From Acidobacteriota bacterium (GTDB lineage Bacteria > Acidobacteriota > Thermoanaerobaculia > UBA5066), in the NCBI GenBank assembly GCA_029781975.1, contig JAKOVQ010000014.1, positions 283,864-347,863 of the forward strand: DNA of 64,000 nt, written 5' to 3'. Positions 1-8,487 of this stretch are shown here, piece by piece. The notes under the pieces are model-generated. The model saw nothing but the letters and a program-made list of their open reading frames with translations. It made no database searches and had not been told where the DNA came from. Made by a program: the position numbers and the translations under genes. Every line of letters starts with the position of its first letter. Position 1 is the stretch's first letter.

Positions 1-1
1 T

Positions 2-247
2 CCCGAGCTGGCGCGGCGGGCGGGCGTGGGCGCCGTCGGTGTCCGGCACCGCTACCTGACCGCCGAGGCGGTCACGGCGCTGCGAGCCGAGGGGGTGAAG
101 GTCCTCGCCTGGACGGCGAACTCCCCCGCCTCGTGGGACCGGCTGGTGATGTTCGAGGTCGACGCGATCGTCACCGACGACCCGGGGGCCTGCCTCGCCC
201 ACCTGAGGGAGCGCGGCTGGCGAAAGGGGGGCGCCGCCGCGAGGTGA
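2..247 (+). CDS. C-terminal fragment of a glycerophosphodiester phosphodiesterase (GDPD)-family protein; 5' end lies outside the window
   Basis: ORF 26..247 frame extended to window edge; C-terminal VDAIVTDDP motif typical of GDPD/UgpQ-like enzymes. Confidence 0.45.
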   Translation, partial: PELARRAGVGAVGVRHRYLTAEAVTALRAEGVKVLAWTANSPASWDRLVMFEVDAIVTDDPGACLAHLRERGWRKGGAAAR

Positions 248-330
248 CGCCGGCCGGGCGAGAGGGCCCGGCGAGGCGGGGAGATGACGGCGTGCCGCGC
301 CCGGCCCGGCGTCGGATACGATGGACGGTC

Positions 331-1728
331 ATGAGGAGGAAGCTCGCCGTCCACAAGTTCGGCGGGACGTCGCTGGGCGACGCAGAGAGGATCCTCCGGG
401 CCGCCTCCCTCCTGGCCGCCGCGTCCCGCACCGAGTCGGTCGTGGCCGTGGCGTCGGCGATGGGGGGGGTGACCGACACGCTCCTCGGCGCGGCGCACGA
501 CGCCGAGCGGGGGCGGCTCGCCCAGGCGAAGCGCGCCGTCGAGGCGCTGCGCGAGCGGCACGCGACCGCCGCCTCGGAGATCGCCCGGGCGACGGGAGGC
601 GACGTCTCCTTCGACGGCAAACCGCTCGCGGAGCTGACGACGGCCCTCTCGGGCGTCGCGCTCCTCCGCGAGCGGACCCCCCGGGTCACCGACCTGATCG
701 CCTCCTTCGGCGAGAGGCTGTCGGCCCCCCTCCTCGCCGCCGCGCTCTCGGCGAAGGGGACGCCGGCGCAGGCGGTCGACGCGCGGACGCTCCTCGTCAC
801 GGACGAGAAGCACGGCGCCGCGACCTGCGAGAGGAAGAGGAGCGACCCGCGGGTCCGGCGGAAGCTCCTCCCCCTCGTCGAGCAGGGGGTGGTGCCGGTC
901 GTCACCGGGTTCATCGCCCGGAGCCCGCAGGGGGAGACGACGACGCTGGGACGCTCCGGCTCCGACACGACGGCCGCCCTCCTCGGCGCGGCGCTCGGGG
1001 CGGCGCGCGTCGTCATCTGGACGGACGTGGACGGCGTCCTGAGCGCCGACCCGCGGATCGTCCCCGACGCCCGCCTCCTGACGAAGGTGTCGTACCGCGA
1101 GGCCGCGGAGATGACCTACTTCGGCGCGAAGGTCCTCCACTTCCCGGCGGTCCTCCCGGCGATCGCGGCGGGGATCCCGCTCGTCATCAAGAACTCCTTC
1201 GCGGCCGGCCGGCCGGGGACGACCATCTCGGCCCGCGGCGAGGCCGGGAAGGGGGTCCGGGCCGTGACCGCCGTCCCGGGGATGTGCCTGATCTCCCTCG
1301 ACGGCAAGGGGATGATGGGGATCCCCGGCATCGCGGCCCGCGTCTTCGGGACGACGGCCCGGCTGGGCGTCTCGGTGGTGATGTTCTCGCAGGCCTCGTC
1401 CGAGCAGAACATCGCCCTCCTCGTCCCCGAGGCCGACCGGCGGCGGACCGTCGAGGCCCTGGAGCACGAGTTCCGGTTCGAGAGGCTGACCGGCGCCATC
1501 GACGGCGTGGCGGCCCGGAGCCCCATCGCCATCGTGGCGGCCGTGGGCGACGGGATGCGGGGGACCGTCGGCATCGCCTCGAAGGTCTTCGACGCCGTGG
1601 CCCGCGCGGGGGTGAACGTGGAGGTGATCGCGCAGGGCTCGTCCGAGTGCAACATCTCCTTCGCCGTGGAGGAGAAGGACCGCGTGGCCGCCGTGAGGGC
1701 GCTGCACGCGGCCCTCTCGGCGGGATGA
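331..1728 (+). CDS. lysC: aspartate kinase
   Basis: Internal ATG at 331 of ORF 133..1728; N-terminal KFGGTS kinase motif, GSDTTAA, FGAKVLH, two C-terminal ACT-like domains; stop overlaps thrB start (ATGA). Confidence 0.9.
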   Translation: MRRKLAVHKFGGTSLGDAERILRAASLLAAASRTESVVAVASAMGGVTDTLLGAAHDAERGRLAQAKRAVEALRERHATAASEIARATGGDVSFDGKPLAELTTALSGVALLRERTPRVTDLIASFGERLSAPLLAAALSAKGTPAQAVDARTLLVTDEKHGAATCERKRSDPRVRRKLLPLVEQGVVPVVTGFIARSPQGETTTLGRSGSDTTAALLGAALGAARVVIWTDVDGVLSADPRIVPDARLLTKVSYREAAEMTYFGAKVLHFPAVLPAIAAGIPLVIKNSFAAGRPGTTISARGEAGKGVRAVTAVPGMCLISLDGKGMMGIPGIAARVFGTTARLGVSVVMFSQASSEQNIALLVPEADRRRTVEALEHEFRFERLTGAIDGVAARSPIAIVAAVGDGMRGTVGIASKVFDAVARAGVNVEVIAQGSSECNISFAVEEKDRVAAVRALHAALSAG

Positions 1729-2684
1729 TCGCCCGCGCCGTCCGCGTCTTCGCGCCGGCCTCGGTCGCCAACTTCGGCGTCGGCTTCGACGTCCTCGGGG
1801 CGGCCCTCGACGGGCCGGGCGACGTCGTCACGGCGCGGCCCTCCCGCCGGGCCGGCGTGACGCTGGGCGAGGTGACGGGCGACGGCGGGCGCCTCCCCCG
1901 CGACCCGGAGAGGAACACCGCCACCGTGGCGGCGGCCGTCGTCCTCGCCGCCGCGGTCAAGGGGGGGCACGCCACGGCGCGGACCGGGATCGAGCTCTCC
2001 GTCGACAAGGGGCTGCCGCTCGCGAGCGGCCTCGGGTCGTCCGCCGCCTCGGCCGCCGCGGGCGCGAAGGCGGCCGCGCTCCTCCTCGGCTTCGGGGGCG
2101 GCAGGACGCTCCTGAAGGCGGTCCTCGTCGGCGAGAACGCGGCCGACGGGTCGTGGCACGGCGACAACGCCTTCGCCTCGCTCCTCGGAGGGATGCTCCT
2201 CGTCCCCTCGTCGAACCCCCGGCGGCTCCGGCCGCCGGTGCCGCTCCCCGTCCCGCCCGAGCTGAGGCTCGTCCTCGTCCACCCCGCCTGCGAGCTCCCG
2301 ACGGCCCGCGCGCGCGCGGTCCTCCCGAAGACGGTGTCGATGGAGGCCCACGTGGCGAACGGGGCGGCGCTCGCCCAGCTCGTGGCGGCGCTCTTCCTGG
2401 GCGACCTCGCGGCGGCCGGACGCTCGATGACCTCCGACCGGCTCGTGGAGCCGGCGCGGGCGCCGCTGGTGCCCGGCTACGACGAGGTGACGGCCGCGCT
2501 GCGCGAGGCCGGCGCGCTCGGCTGGGCGCTGGCGGGCGCCGGACCGTCGCTGGTGGCCCTCTCGTCCGACGGCCCCGCCCCGGCCCGGATCGCGCGGGCC
2601 GCCGAGCGGGGGTTCCGCCGCGCCGGCGTGGCGGCCGAGGCGCGGGTCCACAGGATCGACGCGACGGGGACCCGGGAAGCCTGA
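1725..2684 (+). CDS. thrB: homoserine kinase
   Basis: ATG at 1725 in frame of ORF 321..2684; GHMP-kinase motif PLASGLGSSAASAAA; 4-nt ATGA overlap with lysC. Confidence 0.88.
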   Translation: MIARAVRVFAPASVANFGVGFDVLGAALDGPGDVVTARPSRRAGVTLGEVTGDGGRLPRDPERNTATVAAAVVLAAAVKGGHATARTGIELSVDKGLPLASGLGSSAASAAAGAKAAALLLGFGGGRTLLKAVLVGENAADGSWHGDNAFASLLGGMLLVPSSNPRRLRPPVPLPVPPELRLVLVHPACELPTARARAVLPKTVSMEAHVANGAALAQLVAALFLGDLAAAGRSMTSDRLVEPARAPLVPGYDEVTAALREAGALGWALAGAGPSLVALSSDGPAPARIARAAERGFRRAGVAAEARVHRIDATGTREA

Positions 2685-2706
2685 GGGCCGGGGCGGAAGG
2701 GCCACC

Positions 2707-5127
2707 ATGACGAAGCCGACACAGGCGCCTCCGTCCGGCGGGAACGGCACGCGGGACGCCTCGGCTCCGCCGAGGGGGGTGGGGCCGCTCGGCATCGCCC
2801 TCGGCTACGCCGTGACCGCCGGCCTCTGGATCGTCTTCTCCGACCGGATCGCCGAGACGCTCGCGCGAGGCGACAGCGACGTCCTCACGGCGATCCAGAC
2901 GGCGAAGGGGTGGCTCTTCATCGCCGTGACCGCGTTCGTCCTCTACGCCCTCGTGAAGGTGCGCGTCGCCACCGAGACGAGGGCCGCCCACGAGGCGCGC
3001 GAAGGGGAGAGGCGGTTCCGGGCGATCTTCGAGGGGGCGCTCGACGCCATGCTCCTCACCGATTCTCGCGGCGCCGTCGCCGACGCGAACGCGGCCGCCA
3101 GCCACCTCCTGGGGCTCCCCCGCGACGGGATCGTGGGCCGGACCGTGGGGGAGTTCGTCGCGGACGGGACGTCCGCGACGGTGGAGGCGGCCGGCACGAC
3201 GCGGGGCGAGCTGGAGCTCGTCCCGGCCGGCCGGCCGCGCGTCTGGGTGGAGTTCTCGCGGCGCGACGACGTCGTTCCCGGCCGGCGGCTCTGGGCCCTG
3301 CGCGACGTCTCGGAGCGGAAGCGGGCCGAGCGGCGCCTGGCGGGCCAGATGGACGTCCTCGAGCAGCTCGCCCGCGGGACGCCGCTCCACGCCGTCCTCG
3401 CCCGCCTCTGCCAGGTGGTCGAGGAGGAGGCTCCGGGCGGCCACGCGGCCCTCCTCGAGCTGCAGCCCGACGGCGCGTCGCTCTCCCTCGTGGCGGGACC
3501 CCGGCTCCCGGAGGGAGTGCGCGGCCCTCTCGAGCTGCTCCCGGTCACCTCCGGCGCCTCGCCCAGCGCGGAGGCGGTCCTGACGAAGCTGCCGGTCCTC
3601 GCGGTCGACGCCGCCGCCCGGATGCCCGATTCGCAGCTCGTGCGGCGGCTCGCGGCCGAAGGGATCCGGTCGATCTGGTCGAGCCCGATCCTCTCGGGGC
3701 GGGGCGACGTCCTGGGGACCCTCGACCTCTACTACCCGGGCGAGGCCGCCCCGTCGACGACCGACCTCGCCGTCGCCGAGTCGGCCGTGGGGCTCGCCGG
3801 GGTCGCCCTCGAGCGCGAGGCGACCGAGCGGGAGCGGCGCCGCCTGGCCTACCACGACCCGCTGACGGGGCTGCCGAACCGCAACCTGTTCGACGACCGG
3901 ACCGCGGTGGCGCTCCTCCACGCCCGCCAGCGCGGCTTCGTCGCGGCGGTCCTTTGCGTCGACATCGACCGGTTCAAGACGGTGAACGAGTCGCTCGGCC
4001 ACCGCTGGGGGGACGAGCTCCTCCGGCTCGTGGGAGCCCGCCTCGCCGAGACGGTCTTCGACACCGACACCGTCGCCCGCCACTCCGGGAGCGAGTTCCT
4101 CGTCCTCCTCTCGCGGGCGGCCTCGCAGACCGACGTGGCCCGCGTGGTGAAGAAGCTGATGGACAGGCTCGCGGAGCCCTTCGTCCTCGACGGCCGCGAG
4201 CACTTCGTCAGCGCGAGCGTCGGCGTGAGCCTCTTCCCCGGCGACGGGACCGACAGCGAGACGCTGGTCCGCGCCGCCTCCGCCGCCCTCTCGCGCGCCA
4301 AGGCCCAGGGAGGGAACCGGACCGAGCACTACACCGCGTCGCTGAACAAGAAGGCGCTCGAGCGGCTGATCCTCGAGACGCGCCTTCGGCGCGCCCAGGA
4401 CAGCGGCGAGTTCTCGCTGGCCTACCAGCCCATCCTCGACACGGGGACCCGGGAGCTGGCCGGCGCGGAGGCGCTCCTGCGCTGGAACCCGCCGGGCGGG
4501 CGGGAGGTCGCGCCGTCCGAGTTCATCCCGCTGGCCGAGGAGATCGGCCTCATCGTCGCCCTCGGCCAGTGGGTCCTCCGGGAAGCCTGCGCGACGGCGC
4601 AGCGCTGGCAGAGGCCAGGGCGCCGGCCGCTCCGGATCGGGGTGAACGTCTCGTCGCGCCAGCTCGCCGGGTCGGACATGGTGGCCACGGTCCGCCAGGC
4701 GCTCGCCGAGAGCGGGCTCCCCCCCGACCTCCTGGAGCTCGAGGTGACGGAGAGCTCCCAGCTGGGCGAGGAGCCCGCGATCCGCTCCGCCGTCGCCGCC
4801 CTGGCGAGCCTGGGGGTGGGGCTCGCGATGGACGACTTCGGGACCGGGTACTCGTCGATGAGCTACCTCAAGCGGCTCCCGCTGACGACGCTCAAGATCG
4901 ACCGGTCGTTCGTGGTCGACGCGGCGCGCGACCCGAAGGACCTCGCCATCGTCCGGTCGGTCGTCGCCATGGCGCGCGCCGGCCGCCTGCGGGTCGTGGC
5001 CGAGGGGGTGGAGGAGGAGGAGCAGCTCGCCCTCGTGGCCCGCGAAGGGTGCGACGAGTTCCAGGGGTTCCTGATCGGACCCGGCGTCCCGCGCGAGGAG
5101 TTCGAGAGGACCTGGGGGCTGTGCTGA
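2707..5127 (+). CDS. membrane-anchored PAS/GAF/GGDEF(degenerate)/EAL signalling protein (c-di-GMP phosphodiesterase-type)
   Basis: 806-aa ORF; two N-terminal hydrophobic helices, PAS-like and GAF-like regions, GGDEF-fold with RHSGSEF instead of RxGGDEF, intact EAL motifs (EALLRW, DDFGTGYSS, KIDRSF). Confidence 0.85.
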   Translation: MTKPTQAPPSGGNGTRDASAPPRGVGPLGIALGYAVTAGLWIVFSDRIAETLARGDSDVLTAIQTAKGWLFIAVTAFVLYALVKVRVATETRAAHEAREGERRFRAIFEGALDAMLLTDSRGAVADANAAASHLLGLPRDGIVGRTVGEFVADGTSATVEAAGTTRGELELVPAGRPRVWVEFSRRDDVVPGRRLWALRDVSERKRAERRLAGQMDVLEQLARGTPLHAVLARLCQVVEEEAPGGHAALLELQPDGASLSLVAGPRLPEGVRGPLELLPVTSGASPSAEAVLTKLPVLAVDAAARMPDSQLVRRLAAEGIRSIWSSPILSGRGDVLGTLDLYYPGEAAPSTTDLAVAESAVGLAGVALEREATERERRRLAYHDPLTGLPNRNLFDDRTAVALLHARQRGFVAAVLCVDIDRFKTVNESLGHRWGDELLRLVGARLAETVFDTDTVARHSGSEFLVLLSRAASQTDVARVVKKLMDRLAEPFVLDGREHFVSASVGVSLFPGDGTDSETLVRAASAALSRAKAQGGNRTEHYTASLNKKALERLILETRLRRAQDSGEFSLAYQPILDTGTRELAGAEALLRWNPPGGREVAPSEFIPLAEEIGLIVALGQWVLREACATAQRWQRPGRRPLRIGVNVSSRQLAGSDMVATVRQALAESGLPPDLLELEVTESSQLGEEPAIRSAVAALASLGVGLAMDDFGTGYSSMSYLKRLPLTTLKIDRSFVVDAARDPKDLAIVRSVVAMARAGRLRVVAEGVEEEEQLALVAREGCDEFQGFLIGPGVPREEFERTWGLC

Positions 5128-5137
5128 AATCGGGCGG

Positions 5138-6439
5138 ATGACCAGCCTCACCCGCCTCTCCTGCGTCTCCTGCGGCGCCGCCTTCCCCGCCACCGAGCCC
5201 CGGACCGAGTGTGGCGCGTGCGGGAGCCTGGTCGAGGTGCTGCACGACCTCGCCTCGTTCGGCCGGAGCGGCGAGGAGTGGCGGGCCCTCTTCGACTCCC
5301 GCCGCTCGGCCCTCCCCGGCGCCGCGACCCCCGCGTTCCAGAGGAGCGGGGTCTGGCGCTACCGGGAGCTGGTCTTCCCGGACCTCCCCGAGGGGGAGAT
5401 CGTCAGCAAGCCCGAGGGGAACACGAACCTCTACCCGGGGCGCGAGCTGGGGCGCCGCCTCGGCCTCTCCCGGCTCTTCGTCAAGCACGAGGGGGAGAAC
5501 CCGACCCTGTCGTTCAAGGACCGGGGGATGACGGTGGGGGTCTCGTGGGCCCGGCACCTCGGGATGCGGGACGTCGCGTGCGCCTCGACGGGGGACACGT
5601 CGGCCGCCCTCGCCTCCTACGCCGCCGAGGTGCCCGGGATGCGCGGCATCGTCCTCCTCCCCGAGGAGAAGATCACGGGCGAGCAGCTCTCGCAGGCGCT
5701 CCACCACGGGGCCCTCACCCTGGGGCTCGACACCGACTTCGACGGCTGCATGCGGATCGTCGCCGACCTCGCCCGGACGCGCCCCGTCTACCTCCTGAAC
5801 TCGAAGAACCCCGTCCGGATCGAGGGGCAGAAGACGATCGCGTGGGAGGCGATCCACGACCTCGGGTGGGAGGTGCCGGACTGGTTCGTCGTCCCGGTCG
5901 GGAACGCCGGCAACGTCTCGGCCATCGGCAAGGGGCTCCGCGAGTGGCTGGAGCTCGGGATCGTCGGGAAGAAGCCGCGCCTCGCCGGCATCCAGGCGGA
6001 AGCAGCCGACCCGTTCTACCAGTCGTACGCGACCGGCTTCGCCCGCCGGGTGACCCGGGTGGCGGGCGAGACGGCGGCCTCGGCGATCCGGATCGGCGCG
6101 CCGGTCTCGCACCCGAAGGCCGAGCGCGAGGTGAAGCTCTTCGACGGGGTCGTCGGGCGGGTCACCGAGGCCGAGCTCCTCGACGCCGCCGCCCTCGCCA
6201 ACCGCCACGGCCTGGCGATCTGCCCCAACTCGGCGGTCGCTCTGGCCGGGGCGGCGAAGCTGCGGAGGGAGGGGGTCATCCGCCCGGACGACCTGGTGGT
6301 CGTCGTCGCCACCGCCCACGCGCTCAAGTTCTCGGGCTCGGCGAACCGGTACCACGCGGGCGGGGCCGCCTTCTCCAACCCGCCCCGGAGCCTGCCGGCG
6401 ACGCTCGAGGCGGTGGTGGGGGCTCTCGAGGCGGGCTGA
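5138..6439 (+). CDS. thrC: threonine synthase
   Basis: 433-aa ORF; N-terminal Cys-rich zinc-ribbon-like segment; PLP-lysine motif SFKDRGM; overall threonine synthase layout. Confidence 0.9.
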   Translation: MTSLTRLSCVSCGAAFPATEPRTECGACGSLVEVLHDLASFGRSGEEWRALFDSRRSALPGAATPAFQRSGVWRYRELVFPDLPEGEIVSKPEGNTNLYPGRELGRRLGLSRLFVKHEGENPTLSFKDRGMTVGVSWARHLGMRDVACASTGDTSAALASYAAEVPGMRGIVLLPEEKITGEQLSQALHHGALTLGLDTDFDGCMRIVADLARTRPVYLLNSKNPVRIEGQKTIAWEAIHDLGWEVPDWFVVPVGNAGNVSAIGKGLREWLELGIVGKKPRLAGIQAEAADPFYQSYATGFARRVTRVAGETAASAIRIGAPVSHPKAEREVKLFDGVVGRVTEAELLDAAALANRHGLAICPNSAVALAGAAKLRREGVIRPDDLVVVVATAHALKFSGSANRYHAGGAAFSNPPRSLPATLEAVVGALEAG

Positions 6440-6460
6440 GCCGCTCCCCGGGCGGCTATT
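6440..6460. terminator. short GC hairpin (AGCCGC-N8-GCGGCT) between convergent thrC and FHA genes; candidate bidirectional terminator
   Basis: Inverted repeat read directly; no T-tract (common in high-GC genomes). Confidence 0.3.
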
Positions 6461-7145
6461 CCTTCTTCGTCCGGATCAGCATCAGGGTGGTGGCCCCGAT
6501 GTCGAACTCCGAGCGGTTGTCGAGCTCCACCTGCGAGATCCGGCGCTCGCCGACGTAGGTGCCGTTCGTCGACTGGAGGTCGATCAGGAAGACCCTGTCA
6601 TCCGCCACCTCGATGGCGGCGTGCTGCCGGGAGCACTCCGGGTCGTTCAGCGTGATGTCGGCGTTGGAGCGGCCCATCACCATCCGCGGACGGTCGAGCT
6701 CGAAGATCCGCCCCGCCTCGGGGCCCGCGATGCAGGCGAGGGAGAGCCGCTCACCGTCCGGGAGGCGGAGCCGGCGCTCCGGCGCCCCGGTCATGGTGCT
6801 CTTCGGCCGCTCGAACTCGGCGGTGCCGCTCCGGCCCGGGGAAGGGGGAGGCGGGGGCGGAGGAGGAGCCGCCCCGGGCTGGACGCCCGGCTTCGGGGGC
6901 CGCTTCCGCGGGCCGCCCCCCATCACGGTGGTGTCGAGGCTGAAGTCGTCCGATCCCAGGACGGGCCCCATCCCGGCCGTCTCGTCCGGCTGGAAGCCCG
7001 GCGGGGGCGGCGCGGAGACCGCAGGGTTCCGGATCTCGAAGATGGTCGCGCACTTCGTGCACCGGATCTTCTTCGCCGGGGCCCCGGCGAACCGGGCCTC
7101 GTCGTAGTGGTACCGCGTCCTGCACTCGGAGCACTGAATGATCAA
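6456..7145 (-). CDS. FHA-domain protein with N-terminal MJ0042-type zinc ribbon
   Basis: 229-aa ORF starting TTG (MIIQCSECRTRY...CTKC); Pro-rich linker; C-terminal FHA-like block (GR...DI.L.D..VSR.HA.I...D..F.L.DL.S.NGT.V). Confidence 0.7.
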   Translation of the reverse strand: MIIQCSECRTRYHYDEARFAGAPAKKIRCTKCATIFEIRNPAVSAPPPPGFQPDETAGMGPVLGSDDFSLDTTVMGGGPRKRPPKPGVQPGAAPPPPPPPPSPGRSGTAEFERPKSTMTGAPERRLRLPDGERLSLACIAGPEAGRIFELDRPRMVMGRSNADITLNDPECSRQHAAIEVADDRVFLIDLQSTNGTYVGERRISQVELDNRSEFDIGATTLMLIRTKKE

Positions 7146-7209
7146 GACGTCCCCCGCTGAGGCGCCGTTGCCTCCGTTTGGCCGATTAGAACCCGGCGGG
7201 CGCCCCCGA

Positions 7210-8385
7210 TCAAGCGCGACCTCCCGAGGCCCGGGAGACGAGCGCCGGGAGGAGCTCCAGGAGGCGGTCGACGTCCCTATCGGTTGAGCTCCAACCGAAA
7301 GAGAACCGCAGGGTGGCCCGGGCGTCGCCGGGCGAGAGGCCCAGGGCCAGGAGGACCCGGCTGGGCGCCGTCGACCCGGCCGCGCAGGCCGAGCCCGCCG
7401 AGGCGGCGACCCCTGCGAGGTCGAGGGCGGCCAGGAGGACCTCGCCGTCGGCGCCCGGGAAGGTGGCGGAGGTGACGGTCGGGAGCCGGTCCGCGGAGCC
7501 TCCCTCGCGGCCGTTGACCCTCGCCCCCGGGACCCGGGCCTCGAGGCCCGCCTCGAACCGGTCCCTCAGCCTCCTGACGGCGGCGGTCTCGGCGGCCATC
7601 CGGGCGGCGACGATCCCGGCCGCCGCGCCGAAGCCGACGATCGCCGCGACGTCCTCGGTCCCTCCCCGGCGGCCCCGCTCCTGGCCACCCCCCTTCTGCA
7701 GGGGGACGAGCTTCACCCCCCGTCTCACCCAGAGGGCGCCGGCCCCCTTCGGGCCGCCGAGCTTGTGGGCCGAGAGCGAGAGGAGGTCGACCCCGAGCGC
7801 CTCGACGTCGACCGGGACCTTCCCCACCGCCTGGACGGCGTCGGTGTGGACGACGACGCCCGCGCGACGCGCCCGCTCGGAGAGGGGCGGGAGCCCTCGG
7901 AAGACGACCCCGGTCTCGTTGCTCGCGAGGATCGCCGAGACGACCGCCGTCCCGCGGTCGAGGAACGCCTCGAGGGCGCCTTCCCGGGGGCGCCCGTTCC
8001 GGTCGACCGGGACCTCCGCCGGCTCGAGCCCGAGCGGTGAAAGGCCGAGGGCCGCCTCCCTCACCGAGGCGTGCTCGGCCGCCGTGACGACGACGCGCCG
8101 CCGCCCGGGGTCGGCCTCCCGCGCCGCGAGGGCGGCACCCCGCACCGCGAGGACGACGGACTCCGTCCCCCCCGAGGTGAAGACGATCTCCCGGGGGGAC
8201 GCTCCGACGAGCCGGGCGACCTTCTCCCGCGCCTCCTCCACGGCCCTGCGGGCCGCCCGGCCCGGGGCGTGGACCGACGACGGGTTGGCCGTCAGCCCCG
8301 TCAGCCACGGCAGCATCGCCTCGGTCACCTCGGGCCGGACGGGGGTCGTGGCGTGATGGTCGGCGTAGACGAGGGGGTCGGGCAC
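7210..8385 (-). CDS. cysteine desulfurase (NifS/IscS family, class V aminotransferase)
   Basis: GTG start at 8385 in frame of ORF 7210..11682; LVYADHHATTPV start, SAHKLGGPKG PLP-lysine motif, C-terminal active-site Cys loop (SAGSACAAGS). Confidence 0.85.
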   Translation of the reverse strand: MPDPLVYADHHATTPVRPEVTEAMLPWLTGLTANPSSVHAPGRAARRAVEEAREKVARLVGASPREIVFTSGGTESVVLAVRGAALAAREADPGRRRVVVTAAEHASVREAALGLSPLGLEPAEVPVDRNGRPREGALEAFLDRGTAVVSAILASNETGVVFRGLPPLSERARRAGVVVHTDAVQAVGKVPVDVEALGVDLLSLSAHKLGGPKGAGALWVRRGVKLVPLQKGGGQERGRRGGTEDVAAIVGFGAAAGIVAARMAAETAAVRRLRDRFEAGLEARVPGARVNGREGGSADRLPTVTSATFPGADGEVLLAALDLAGVAASAGSACAAGSTAPSRVLLALGLSPGDARATLRFSFGWSSTDRDVDRLLELLPALVSRASGGRA

Positions 8386-8487
8386 GGCCGGATTGTAGGG
8401 AGACCCCTCCGGGCGGTTCCTCCGTACACTCGAGGTGTCGGTCCCGATCTTGCTGGTCGGGCCGAAGAGTCGAGGAGGGCCGCCGCG

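Noticed and set aside
52-5193. Very long minus-strand ORFs (52..1707, 1957..5193 and similar) rich in Arg/Pro/Gly
   Set aside because: Antisense to clearly recognisable lysC/thrB/PDE genes; the composition is typical of high-GC antisense frames, not real proteins.
7277-8356. Overlapping ORFs 7277..8308 (-), 7313..8356 (+), 7765..8040 (+) inside the cysteine desulfurase locus
   Set aside because: Alternative frames of a well-supported gene; low-complexity R/G/P composition.
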